A DNA stretch of 32,000 nucleotides from Thermodesulfobacteriota bacterium (GTDB taxonomy: Bacteria > Desulfobacterota > WTBG01 > JAGOGO01): assembly GCA_026625185.1 (NCBI GenBank), contig CP113000.1:555622-587621 (forward strand). Direction: 5' to 3'. The position numbers and the translations under genes were made by a program. Below the pieces are notes generated by a model. That model had not been told where the DNA came from and did not search any database. It saw only the letters and a program-made list of their open reading frames with translations. Positions within the stretch are counted from its first letter, which is position 1. Each line of letters starts with the position of its first letter. Positions 9,796-18,587 of this stretch are shown here, piece after piece.

Positions 9796-11670
9796 ATGGA
9801 AAACAAACTCAGAGCCAGAATAGGAGAAGAAAGCTACCAGAAATTAAGCAAGATTAATAATCCCGCTCTGTTCGATTTTATCGGGAAATATATTGAACTC
9901 TGCAACCCGGCAACCGTCTTCGTTTCAAACGATTCCCCTGAAGATGTTGCCTATATCCGCGAAACTACGCTAAAAGCCGGCGAAGAAAAGGCATTGGCTA
10001 TTTCCGGCCATACGGCTCATTTTGACGCTGCCGGCGATCAAGGAAGAGACAAGGAACACACCAATATCCTTGTCCCTAAAGAGGTCGTGCTCGGTGAAGC
10101 AATCAGCACCCGCGACCGCGACCATGGTTTACAGGAAATCCATGAGATCCTTAAAGATATGATGAAAGGTAAAGAGTTATTTATCTCCTTTTTCTGTTTG
10201 GGGCCGACAAATTCCGAATTTTCCATCCCGTGTGTCCAGCTTACTGATTCCAGTTATGTTGCCCATAGCGAGCGTCTGCTTTACCGCGACGGGTATGAAG
10301 AGTTCGTGCGGCAGGGCGCTTCCGCTCATTTTTATAAGTTTGTCCATTCCCAGGGAGAAGTGGATGCACGAAAGGTCTCAAAACACCTTGATAAAAGAAG
10401 AATATATATCGATCTCGATGGTGAGATTGTATTCAGCACCAATACCCAGTACGGCGGCAACACTATTGGTTTAAAAAAGCTCGCCATGCGCCTGGCCATT
10501 AATCAGGCATCCAAAGAAGGCTGGTTGACCGAACATATGCTCGTCATGGGAATTCATGGACCGAACCGGGTAACCTATTTTACCGGTGCTTTTCCCTCTC
10601 TGTGCGGCAAGACCTCTACCGCCATGCTGGACGGCGAAACCATCGTGGGCGATGATATTGCCTATTTGAGGAACAAAAATGGTGTGGCACGGGCAGTCAA
10701 CGTTGAAAAAGGAATGTTCGGCATCATCCAGGGAATCAATTCAAAAGATGACCCGTTGCAGTGGAAAGCGCTGCACAATCCCGGAGAAATCATTTTTTCC
10801 AATGTTCTGATTACTCCCGAAAAGAGCGCTCACTGGATCGGCCGTGACGGAAATCTTCCGCCAAAAGGAGAAAACTTCTCCGGCGAGTGGACCCCCGATA
10901 AAAAAGATGCAAAAGGGAAGGCTGTACCGTGCTCTCATCCCAACGCCCGTTTTACCATTTCTCTGGACCTGTTTGACAACCTGGATCCCGCGCTTCATGA
11001 TCCAAGCGGCGTTGAAGTCGGCGGCATTGTTTATGGGGGAAGGGACTCGGATACCTGTGTTCCGGTAGAAGAATCGTTTGATTGGACCCACGGTATTATC
11101 ACCAAGGGCGCCGCGCTTGAATCCGAGACAACGGCGGCGACTCTGGGGCAGGAAGGGGTCAGAGAATTTAATCCCATGTCCAACCTAGACTTTTTATCCC
11201 TCCCCGTTGGAGCGTATATCCAGAAAAACCTTGACTTCGGCAAGGGATTGAAAAAAGCTCCTAAAATCTTTTCGGTCAATTATTTTTTAAGAGACCGGGA
11301 GACCGGGAAGTTTCTCAATGAGAAGAATGATAAAAAGGTGTGGTATAAATGGATGGAGCTCCGAGCTCATCATGATGTTGATGCTATTAAAACCCCCACC
11401 GGTCTGATACCAAAATATGAAGACCTGAAGCCTTTGTTTAAACAAATCCTTAATATGGACTATACGGTTGCGGCCTACAAAAAACAATTTATGACCCGCG
11501 TACCGGAAAACTTGGCAAAGATAGACCGGATAAAAAAAATCTACGAAACCATTGTTACTGATACCCCCAAAATACTCCTTGAAGTATTGGAAGAACAACG
11601 GCAACGGTTACTCAAAGCAAAGGAAACGTGTGGGGATTATATCGACCCTGAAGCCTACGAGCAGAACTAA
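9796..11670 (+). CDS. pckG: phosphoenolpyruvate carboxykinase (GTP)
   Basis: The ORF track starts at GTG 9679. ATG 9796 is preceded by AAGGAG (9784-9789) and gives MENKLRARIGEESYQKL, so it is preferred. Contains FPSLCGKTSTAM (kinase-1a P-loop) and GDDIAYL. Confidence 0.92.
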   Translation: MENKLRARIGEESYQKLSKINNPALFDFIGKYIELCNPATVFVSNDSPEDVAYIRETTLKAGEEKALAISGHTAHFDAAGDQGRDKEHTNILVPKEVVLGEAISTRDRDHGLQEIHEILKDMMKGKELFISFFCLGPTNSEFSIPCVQLTDSSYVAHSERLLYRDGYEEFVRQGASAHFYKFVHSQGEVDARKVSKHLDKRRIYIDLDGEIVFSTNTQYGGNTIGLKKLAMRLAINQASKEGWLTEHMLVMGIHGPNRVTYFTGAFPSLCGKTSTAMLDGETIVGDDIAYLRNKNGVARAVNVEKGMFGIIQGINSKDDPLQWKALHNPGEIIFSNVLITPEKSAHWIGRDGNLPPKGENFSGEWTPDKKDAKGKAVPCSHPNARFTISLDLFDNLDPALHDPSGVEVGGIVYGGRDSDTCVPVEESFDWTHGIITKGAALESETTAATLGQEGVREFNPMSNLDFLSLPVGAYIQKNLDFGKGLKKAPKIFSVNYFLRDRETGKFLNEKNDKKVWYKWMELRAHHDVDAIKTPTGLIPKYEDLKPLFKQILNMDYTVAAYKKQFMTRVPENLAKIDRIKKIYETIVTDTPKILLEVLEEQRQRLLKAKETCGDYIDPEAYEQN

Positions 11671-11913
11671 GCGTTTTCATACCAAACAACACCAATCAAC
11701 CCTGAATAAAAACCTCTCGGGTGAGTCTCGAACTCTTTTTTAATAACAAGTTGCATTCAAAAGCAGCTCGAGGCGACGACGAGGAATCGACGTTGAGGAG
11801 AATGACGAGGGGTTAATAAAGATATGCAAATAAAGGCGACTGGGTATAAGGAAGTTCGAATGGCACCATCAAAGACGATAAATAAAAGTAAGCTCCACCG
11901 TTTGGTCGGGGCT

Positions 11914-12252
11914 TCATTTTATGCGCTTTAGCTTGGGCGGGTCATCTTTGGGTTTATCCTTGCCCTCTTTTTCACCGTCGTTCGGAAAATTTACCACTGC
12001 TTTGCGGGAGATCATTGCCCGGACCGCAATCCAAGGGAAATAGCAGGTAAATCTGGTTTCTCCAAATCGCAATGGAGCGCTCACTCCGCTTTCATCGACA
12101 ATCAGACGGGGCGAAGAGACATTTCCAAGGATAAAGTTAGTGAGCTTCCCGTTAAGATAGGGAGGAACCTTTACCCCCTCCACATTGGTATCAACCACCA
12201 GATTGATATCCCCTTCGGCAAAAAGAACGTTGAAGATTGTCAGTTTTACCAT
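11914..12252 (-). CDS. SspB-like ClpXP adaptor (compact form)
   Basis: 112 aa. NLVVDTNVEGVKVPPYL and PLRFGETRFTCYFPWIAVRAMIS align by eye with E. coli SspB HLVVDVTLPGVQVPMEY and ARFGG..VSVPLAAVLAIYA. It has an acidic/Lys-rich linker and a C-terminal PPKLKRIK resembling the LRVVK ClpX-binding tail. Confidence 0.6.
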   Translation of the reverse strand: MVKLTIFNVLFAEGDINLVVDTNVEGVKVPPYLNGKLTNFILGNVSSPRLIVDESGVSAPLRFGETRFTCYFPWIAVRAMISRKAVVNFPNDGEKEGKDKPKDDPPKLKRIK

Positions 12253-12419
12253 ATCTATCCTTCCTCAGGTAACCATTTTATCAGGGAAAACTTGAAAAAT
12301 AAAGTAAATTCAAAAATTTCTTTAACCAAGCCTTTTTTGACATAAAATATTCACCAGTTGCCAACCTTCCCTTCCTGTGATAAAAAAATATCTTATAAAT
12401 CATTTTTTGGAGTAATACT

Positions 12420-13604
12420 ATGCCCATTGCTGATAAAATCCGTGATTTTATTGACCGAGCCTCCTGGATCAGACGGATGTTTGAGGAAGGCCGGCAGATG
12501 AAAATCCAATACGGGGAGAAAAATGTTTTTGATTTTAGCCTCGGAAACCCCATCCTTGAACCTCCCTTGGAGTTCTCCGAAACACTCATGCACGTGGCTC
12601 AGGATAAAACACCCGGCCGGCATGTGTATATGCCAAACGCGGGCTACCCTGAAACCAGGATGGCCATTGCTGATTATGTTTCTCACGAGCAGATGACCGC
12701 GGTGCCCTGGGACAACATAGTGATGACCTGCGGAGCCGCTGGCGCCATCAACGTAATTTTTAAATCCATACTCAATCCCCGGGAAGAAGTAATTCTTTTT
12801 ACCCCTTACTTTGCGGAATATTATTTTTATGTGGACAACGCCGGCGGGAAACCGGTACTGGTTCCTACCAAGGAGGACTTTTCGATTGATGTGGCAAGGC
12901 TCGAAACGTTTTTAAATCCTCAAACCAGAGCAGTGGTTATCAACTCTCCGAATAATCCCACCGGAAAAGTCTATTCTGAAAACAACTTAAAGGCATTAGC
13001 CCAGCTTCTTACCCAAAAGAGCAAAACATTCGGAAAACCCATCTATTTGATTTCTGATGAGCCTTACAAAAAGATCATTTATGATGGCGTGCGGGTTCCG
13101 GCGGTTCTCCCCCTTTATCCCTACAGTTTCATTGCCACCTCCTATTCCAAAGCGCTTTCCTTAGCTGGCGAGCGGATTGGCTATATCGCCGCTCACCCTG
13201 CGATTGACGATGTCAAAGAACTCATCGATGGTTTTATTCTCTGCCTCCGTATATTAGGTTTTGTAAATGCCCCCGCGCTTATGCAGCGAGTAATCGCGAA
13301 GGTTACTTCATTAGCCTGTGATCCAACTGAGTATAAAAGGAAACGAGATTTCCTCTGCCAAGGATTAGCAGCCTATGGCTATCAATTTTATAAGCCGGAA
13401 GGAGCATTTTATCTTTTCCCCAAAAGTCTCATCCCCGATGATGTCCAGTTTGTCCGGGTGCTCCAAAAGGAACGGATCCTCACCGTCCCCGGCTCTGGGT
13501 TTGGTACTCCCGGCTACTTTCGGATTTCTTATTGTGTCGCCGATGAAACAATCACCAGGTCAATGGAGGGATTTAAAACGGTCGCAGAGCGGTTTCTAGG
13601 CTAA
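12420..13604 (+). CDS. PLP-dependent aminotransferase, class I/II (AspC/AlaC-like)
   Basis: 394 aa. Contains DFSLGNP, NSPNNPTGKVY, SYSKALSLAGERIGY (PLP Lys) and a C-terminal FRISY. Confidence 0.85.
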   Translation: MPIADKIRDFIDRASWIRRMFEEGRQMKIQYGEKNVFDFSLGNPILEPPLEFSETLMHVAQDKTPGRHVYMPNAGYPETRMAIADYVSHEQMTAVPWDNIVMTCGAAGAINVIFKSILNPREEVILFTPYFAEYYFYVDNAGGKPVLVPTKEDFSIDVARLETFLNPQTRAVVINSPNNPTGKVYSENNLKALAQLLTQKSKTFGKPIYLISDEPYKKIIYDGVRVPAVLPLYPYSFIATSYSKALSLAGERIGYIAAHPAIDDVKELIDGFILCLRILGFVNAPALMQRVIAKVTSLACDPTEYKRKRDFLCQGLAAYGYQFYKPEGAFYLFPKSLIPDDVQFVRVLQKERILTVPGSGFGTPGYFRISYCVADETITRSMEGFKTVAERFLG

Positions 13605-13710
13605 CATTTTTTCGTCAATGAAAAAATCCCTTTGATGAGTCCCGACATGAGGTACAATATGCTTAACTTCACATTTCTATTTTTTTCTAAACCAACCCAT
13701 CGCCTGCGCA

Positions 13711-14670
13711 ATGACTAAGGCTTATACCCGGATTGCAGGTGGGGTTATTCTACTTGCCTTGGCGGAAATTTTCATGCTGCAGGGAGTAGAACCGTTTGCG
13801 TCCTGGTTTTATCCTTTTGCATGGTGGTCTTATATCCTCATTGTTGATGGTATCATCTTTCGCATCCAAAGAAACTCCCTCATGTTAAACCGAAGGCGAG
13901 AATTTTTGGTCATGATCCCTTGGTCAGTTGCCTTCTGGCTTTTTTTTGAAATGATCAACCTTCGTATGCAAAACTGGCACTATGTAAATGTAATCGGAAA
14001 CCTTTGGCTTCGCTGGGTTGGCTATTTCATATCTTTTGCCACTGTGTTACCCGGATTGTTTGAAACGTATGAGTTTCTTGATTGCCTTAATTTTTATTCA
14101 AAAGTTAAAACCCGCCTCCTAATTTTTCCCAAATCCTGGCTTACTGTCTTTTCTCTTTTTGGAGTCCTGTTTCTGCTTGCTTCGCTTATTTTTCCCCGAT
14201 ATTGTTTCCCGCTTATCTGGCTTGGGGTCTTTTTTCTCTTGGACCCCATAAACTATCTCTACGGAAGTCCTTCTTTGATTCGAGACTGGGAGAAAGGAAA
14301 TTTTCGCAGATTGGTGCTCTTGCTTTCTGCGGGTTTAATCTGCGGTTTTCTCTGGGAATTTTGGAACTTTTGGGCGACCACCAAATGGGTTTACTCAATC
14401 CCATTTTTTGCCCAACTCAAAATCTTTGAAATGCCCTTGGCAGGATTTCTCGGGTTTCCTCCCTTTGCTGTAGAAGCTTTTGTTTTCTATAATTTTATCT
14501 CCTTGTTCCGCTTTAAACGAAATTGGGATAAAGACGGTTACCTCATATCTCCTGAAAAAAAACTTAACAAAAAAACATTTTTTGCGGTCGCAATAATTCT
14601 GGTGGGTTTTTATGTTTTAGCTTTTCATGCTCTTGATGTTTGTACGGTAACATCCTATTCCTACCCATAA
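13711..14670 (+). CDS. uncharacterised polytopic membrane protein with internal two-fold repeat
   Basis: 319 aa with many hydrophobic segments. I do not recognise the family. See the finding on its internal duplication. Confidence 0.6.
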   Translation: MTKAYTRIAGGVILLALAEIFMLQGVEPFASWFYPFAWWSYILIVDGIIFRIQRNSLMLNRRREFLVMIPWSVAFWLFFEMINLRMQNWHYVNVIGNLWLRWVGYFISFATVLPGLFETYEFLDCLNFYSKVKTRLLIFPKSWLTVFSLFGVLFLLASLIFPRYCFPLIWLGVFFLLDPINYLYGSPSLIRDWEKGNFRRLVLLLSAGLICGFLWEFWNFWATTKWVYSIPFFAQLKIFEMPLAGFLGFPPFAVEAFVFYNFISLFRFKRNWDKDGYLISPEKKLNKKTFFAVAIILVGFYVLAFHALDVCTVTSYSYP

Positions 14671-14776
14671 AATTTTTAATCCCCCCTGCCAAACAAATAG
14701 TTTTCCTTAAGGTCAAATCAATCAATTGATGGACTTGAGCGAGGGGATAAATGGATTACAAAACACCCGAAATATT

Positions 14777-14806
14777 GTTAGACAATCATACTGAAACGTG
14801 TTAAAA
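14777..14806 (+). promoter_or_regulatory. candidate sigma-70-type promoter for the transketolase genes
   Basis: TTAGAC (14777-14782), an 18-nt spacer ending in TGT, then TAAAAT (14801-14806). It lies about 65 nt upstream of ATG 14873. Pattern match only. Confidence 0.3.
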
Positions 14807-14872
14807 TACTAATATTTACCTGATATTTTTAGCTTAATAGCTATTTATACCTTTCCAAAGGAAATCATCCTC

Positions 14873-15700
14873 ATGTTAGATACTGTACAAATCGAAAAAT
14901 TAGAGTCTCTTGCCAAGACTATTCGGGTTGATATTTTAAAAATGCTCAACAACGCTTCCTCCGGCCATACCGGTGGCTCCCTCTCTACCGTTGAGATTAT
15001 ACTTTCATTATATTTTCACAAAATGCGGCACAACCCTAAAGATCCTAAGTGGCTTGATCGGGACCGCTTTGTCCTTTCTAAAGGACATGGCGCGCCAGCC
15101 CTTTATACTGTCTTGGCTCGAAGTGGTTACTTTGATCTTTCTGAGCTTAGGAACCTGAGAAAATTAGGGAGCATTCTCCAAGGTCATCCGGACATGAAGG
15201 TGACTCCGGGGATTGATATTTCGACCGGCTCCCTCGGCCAGGGTCTTTCCATGGCCAATGGAATGGCATTGGCGTTAAAGCTTGATAAGCGTCCTTCGCG
15301 CGTCTATGTGCTTATGGGAGACGGAGAAAACCAGGAAGGTCAAATTTGGGAAGCTGCTATGGCGGCGGCTCACTATAAGTTAGATAATGTATGCGGGATT
15401 ATTGATCATAATGGACTCCAGATTGATGGCCCGGTAAACGAAATTATGAAAATAGAACCAATTGCCGATAAATGGTCCTGCTTCGGGTGGGAAGTATTTC
15501 GCGTCAATGGACATGATTTCCGGGAGATTATCGCTGCGTTGGATAAAGCCGAGACCGTAAAGAACAAACCTTCCTTGATAGTTGCGAGAACAATAAAAGG
15601 TAAAGGAGTGTCTTTTTTTGAAGGCAAAGTCGAATATCATGGTATTCCTCCCACGGACGAGGAATTGGCGAAAGCGTTAGTCGAGTTAGGAATAACATAG
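14873..15700 (+). CDS. transketolase, N-terminal (TPP/PP-domain) subunit of a split enzyme
   Basis: 275 aa. Contains SGHTGGSLS, SKGHGAPALY and GDGENQEGQIWEA (the GDG thiamine-diphosphate motif). Confidence 0.93.
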   Translation: MLDTVQIEKLESLAKTIRVDILKMLNNASSGHTGGSLSTVEIILSLYFHKMRHNPKDPKWLDRDRFVLSKGHGAPALYTVLARSGYFDLSELRNLRKLGSILQGHPDMKVTPGIDISTGSLGQGLSMANGMALALKLDKRPSRVYVLMGDGENQEGQIWEAAMAAAHYKLDNVCGIIDHNGLQIDGPVNEIMKIEPIADKWSCFGWEVFRVNGHDFREIIAALDKAETVKNKPSLIVARTIKGKGVSFFEGKVEYHGIPPTDEELAKALVELGIT

Positions 15701-15786
15701 TGAAAGTGTGTTGTAATTAAAAAAAAATGCCATTCCGAACGCAGGTGAGAAATCTTAACGTGCTGAATGTATTGAAACCAGAATTT

Positions 15787-15862
15787 CTCGCTTCGCGAGG
15801 GATTATGAACTGTCGCGCACTCGCTTCGCAAGGGATAATGAATTGACGCGCACTCGCTTCGC
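15787..15862. repeat. 33-nt tandem direct repeat, two full units plus 10 nt of a third, in the tkt intercistronic spacer
   Basis: Unit 1 is 15787-15819 (ctcgcttcgcgagggattatgaactgtcgcgca). Unit 2 is 15820-15852 (ctcgcttcgcaagggataatgaattgacgcgca). They match at 29/33 positions. A third unit starts at 15853 (ctcgcttcgc) and then degenerates. Confidence 0.85.
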
Positions 15863-15919
15863 TTCGAAATGACACAAAAATGAATTGCGACACCGGCTCA
15901 GTGAGAAAGGGGTAAGGTC

Positions 15920-16879
15920 TTGAAGTTAACCGGAATACGAGAAGCTTACGGAGAAACCTTAGCTGCGTTGGGTGAACTCTATCCGGAAATTGTTGTCTTA
16001 GATGCTGACTTATCCGGTTCCACCAAAACCAGCCTGTTTGCCAAAAAATTTCCCGACCGCTTTTTCAACATGGGTGTAGCGGAACAAAACCTGATGGGTA
16101 CAGCAGCCGGATTAGCGGCAAGCGGGAAAACGGTATTCGCAAGCACGTTTGCTATTTTTGCCAGTGGTCGAGCGTGGGAACAAGTCAGATACAGTATCGT
16201 TTACAACCAGCTTAACGTAAAAATTGTAGCCAGTCACGGTGGTGTTACTGTTGGGGAGGATGGGGGATCACATCAGTCGTCGGAAGACATAGCAATAATG
16301 AGAGTACTGCCGGGGATGCGCGTTATTGTTCCCATGGATGGGAAAGAGATGCAAGAAGTTATCAAGACCGTAGTAAAAATACCCGGGCCTTTTTATATCC
16401 GTTCCTCCCGGGTTAAGTTTCCTCTCATTTTAGGCGATGACTACAAATTTGAACTCGGTAAAGGAAAAATCCTCAGAGAAGGCAAGGACCTATCCCTTAT
16501 CGGGTGTGGTCTTATGGTTTCGCAATGTCTGGAGGCTGCTGAAACTTTGGCGAAGGAAGGCATTGCCGCGCGGGTAGTGAGCCTCTCCACCATCAAACCT
16601 ATCGATGAAGAACTGTTGGTTGACTGCTCCTTAAACACCGGTGGCATTGTAACCGCCGAAGAACACTCCGTTATTGGCGGTCTGGGCAGTGCGGTTGCCG
16701 AGGTGCTTTCGGAAAAAAGCCCTACCTATATTGTGAGAGTCGGGGTTCAGGATAAATTTGGAGTATCGGGGAGCGCTCCTGATCTGCTCGAATATTTGGG
16801 ATTAACGCCGGGTAATATTGTGAAAGCCGCTCAACAAATAATGGAACATAGAAGTCAGAAAACGATACCCGTGGTCTGA
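15920..16879 (+). CDS. transketolase, C-terminal (Pyr + C-terminal domain) subunit
   Basis: 319 aa with a TTG start. Contains FFNMGVAEQN and GGSHQSSEDIA. GAAAGGGG lies upstream. Confidence 0.93.
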   Translation: MKLTGIREAYGETLAALGELYPEIVVLDADLSGSTKTSLFAKKFPDRFFNMGVAEQNLMGTAAGLAASGKTVFASTFAIFASGRAWEQVRYSIVYNQLNVKIVASHGGVTVGEDGGSHQSSEDIAIMRVLPGMRVIVPMDGKEMQEVIKTVVKIPGPFYIRSSRVKFPLILGDDYKFELGKGKILREGKDLSLIGCGLMVSQCLEAAETLAKEGIAARVVSLSTIKPIDEELLVDCSLNTGGIVTAEEHSVIGGLGSAVAEVLSEKSPTYIVRVGVQDKFGVSGSAPDLLEYLGLTPGNIVKAAQQIMEHRSQKTIPVV

Positions 16880-16966
16880 GCAGTGAAGTGATTGGAGTTC
16901 ATACATCACAACAGCAGAAGGATCAAAAGCAATTTGGGTTGACTCTTTTTACCCGAGATAAGCAGC

Positions 16967-17680
16967 ATGATTCAGATGTTACATGTTTATAAAAACTATT
17001 CTCCTAAATATCCGGCTCTATCTGATATCAGCCTGAATATTGAGAAGGGAGAATTTGTCTTTATTTTTGGTCCAAGTGGGGCTGGAAAGACTACTCTCCT
17101 AAAACTGATTTTTGGGGCGGAACACCCGTCCAAGGGACAGATAATCGTTAACGGAATGAATTTCGGGAGGTTCAAAAAATCAACTCTTCCTTTGTTGCGA
17201 CGGAAGATGGGATTTGTTTTTCAGGACTTTAAGCTTTTAAATCACCGGACGGTGTTTGATAATGTTGGTTTGGCGTTGGAAGTGGTCGGTATTAAAAAAA
17301 CGGAAATCAAACGCAGAGTCCTGAAGGTCTTAAAACATGTCGGCCTTTCAAGCCGGATCAACACCGTGCCCTTAGTTCTCTCGGGTGGTGAACAACAGCG
17401 GGTTGCAATTGCCCGGGCGATTGTTAATGAGCCCGCACTCCTTTTGGCCGATGAACCCACCGGTAATTTAGACGCCGAACTCACCAAAGAAATCATGAAA
17501 CTTTTTAAAATAATCAATGCCTGGGGAACAACCATCGTCATCGCCACCCATGATAAAAACCTTTTAAACTTTAACCCCACTAAAGTGGTGGCTTTGGAGC
17601 ACGGTAAAATCAAAGGAGTCTTTGTCACCGGTCGAAAAGGCGCAGAAGAAACGGCCACCCGGAATGGTTCAATAAATTAG
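16967..17680 (+). CDS. ftsE: cell-division ABC ATPase FtsE
   Basis: 237 aa. Walker [10 protein letters not shown], signature LSGGEQQRV, Walker [13 protein letters not shown]. Located directly upstream of ftsX. Confidence 0.93.
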   Translation: MIQMLHVYKNYSPKYPALSDISLNIEKGEFVFIFGPSGAGKTTLLKLIFGAEHPSKGQIIVNGMNFGRFKKSTLPLLRRKMGFVFQDFKLLNHRTVFDNVGLALEVVGIKKTEIKRRVLKVLKHVGLSSRINTVPLVLSGGEQQRVAIARAIVNEPALLLADEPTGNLDAELTKEIMKLFKIINAWGTTIVIATHDKNLLNFNPTKVVALEHGKIKGVFVTGRKGAEETATRNGSIN

Positions 17681-17690
17681 GGCACTAATC

Positions 17691-18587
17691 GTGAAGCGAT
17701 TTTATTATTTTATTAACAAAGCTTTTCAAAACTTAAGGCACTTTTTTCTTATCAACCTTATTACTGTCGGCATCATCAGCCTTTCTTTATTAGTGCTCAG
17801 CACATTTTTTATGGTATTTTTAAACCTCCAAACTTACCTGAATAAATTGAGGGACCAAATCCAGGTTTCCGTTTACTTAGCGGACGGCAATACGCCTGAA
17901 GATATTTCTTTAATCCAAAAAAAAATAAACTCATTTCCACAAGTGAAAAAATTGTCCCTTATCACTAAAGAAGAAGCGCTCAGCTTTTTTAAAGATAGCT
18001 TTCCCGGACAAAGAAAGGCTTTAGAAAATTTGAAAGACAATCCTCTTCCTGCTTCTCTGGATATTCAACTTCAGGATGAGTATCGCGGTTCAGAAAAAGT
18101 AAAAATCTTTGCCCGCCAGATTAAAAATATACCCGGGGTTGAAGACGTGGAGTATGGCCAAACCTGGATTGAGGGGTATGCAAATTTTCTTAAATTCATG
18201 CGATCTGCAGCCTTAGCAGTGGGAGTTGTTATTTTGCTGGCCACAATCTTTATTATTTCCAACACCATAAAACTCACTCTTTTTGCCAGAAAAGATGAGA
18301 TCGAGATTATGAAACTCGTGGGCGCAACCAATTTTTTTATAAGAGTCCCTTTCTTTATTGAGGGAATTCTCCAAGGGCTCTTGGGCGCTTTTTTCGCGCT
18401 CATGGTCTTGTTCTTTTCCTATCAGCTCTTCAGCAACTGGATCGGCCAATCATCGTATTTCTCGTTAAAATTTTTTAAAATATTTTTTCTTCCGTTTCAT
18501 CACCTTCTTCTTATTACTGCGGTGGGGATGATAACAGGCTTATTGGGGAGTTTTTTCTCTTTGGGCAGATATTTAAAGTATGAATAA
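17691..18587 (+). CDS. ftsX: cell-division permease-like protein FtsX
   Basis: 298 aa with a GTG start. One N-terminal TM, a periplasmic domain and three C-terminal TMs. Contains the MKLVGATNFFIR motif. Confidence 0.9.
   Translation: MKRFYYFINKAFQNLRHFFLINLITVGIISLSLLVLSTFFMVFLNLQTYLNKLRDQIQVSVYLADGNTPEDISLIQKKINSFPQVKKLSLITKEEALSFFKDSFPGQRKALENLKDNPLPASLDIQLQDEYRGSEKVKIFARQIKNIPGVEDVEYGQTWIEGYANFLKFMRSAALAVGVVILLATIFIISNTIKLTLFARKDEIEIMKLVGATNFFIRVPFFIEGILQGLLGAFFALMVLFFSYQLFSNWIGQSSYFSLKFFKIFFLPFHHLLLITAVGMITGLLGSFFSLGRYLKYE

Noticed and set aside
11854-11868. tRNA-like string gttcgaatggcacca (T-loop-like GTTCGAAT plus CCA)
   Set aside because: The flanking sequence cannot form a T stem or acceptor stem, so no cloverleaf can be built.
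15787-15862. Possible miniature CRISPR array
   Set aside because: The repeats are directly tandem with no spacers. There are only about 2.3 copies and no cas genes nearby.
17242-17658. 138-aa antisense ORF inside ftsE. Similar nested or off-frame ORFs occur at 326-547, 659-865, 1346-1603, 1928-2224, 2902-3273, 5264-5617, 10741-11091, 11287-11604, 18071-18403 and 20088-20414.
   Set aside because: Each lies within a gene with strong family signatures on the other strand or in another frame, and none has a motif of its own.
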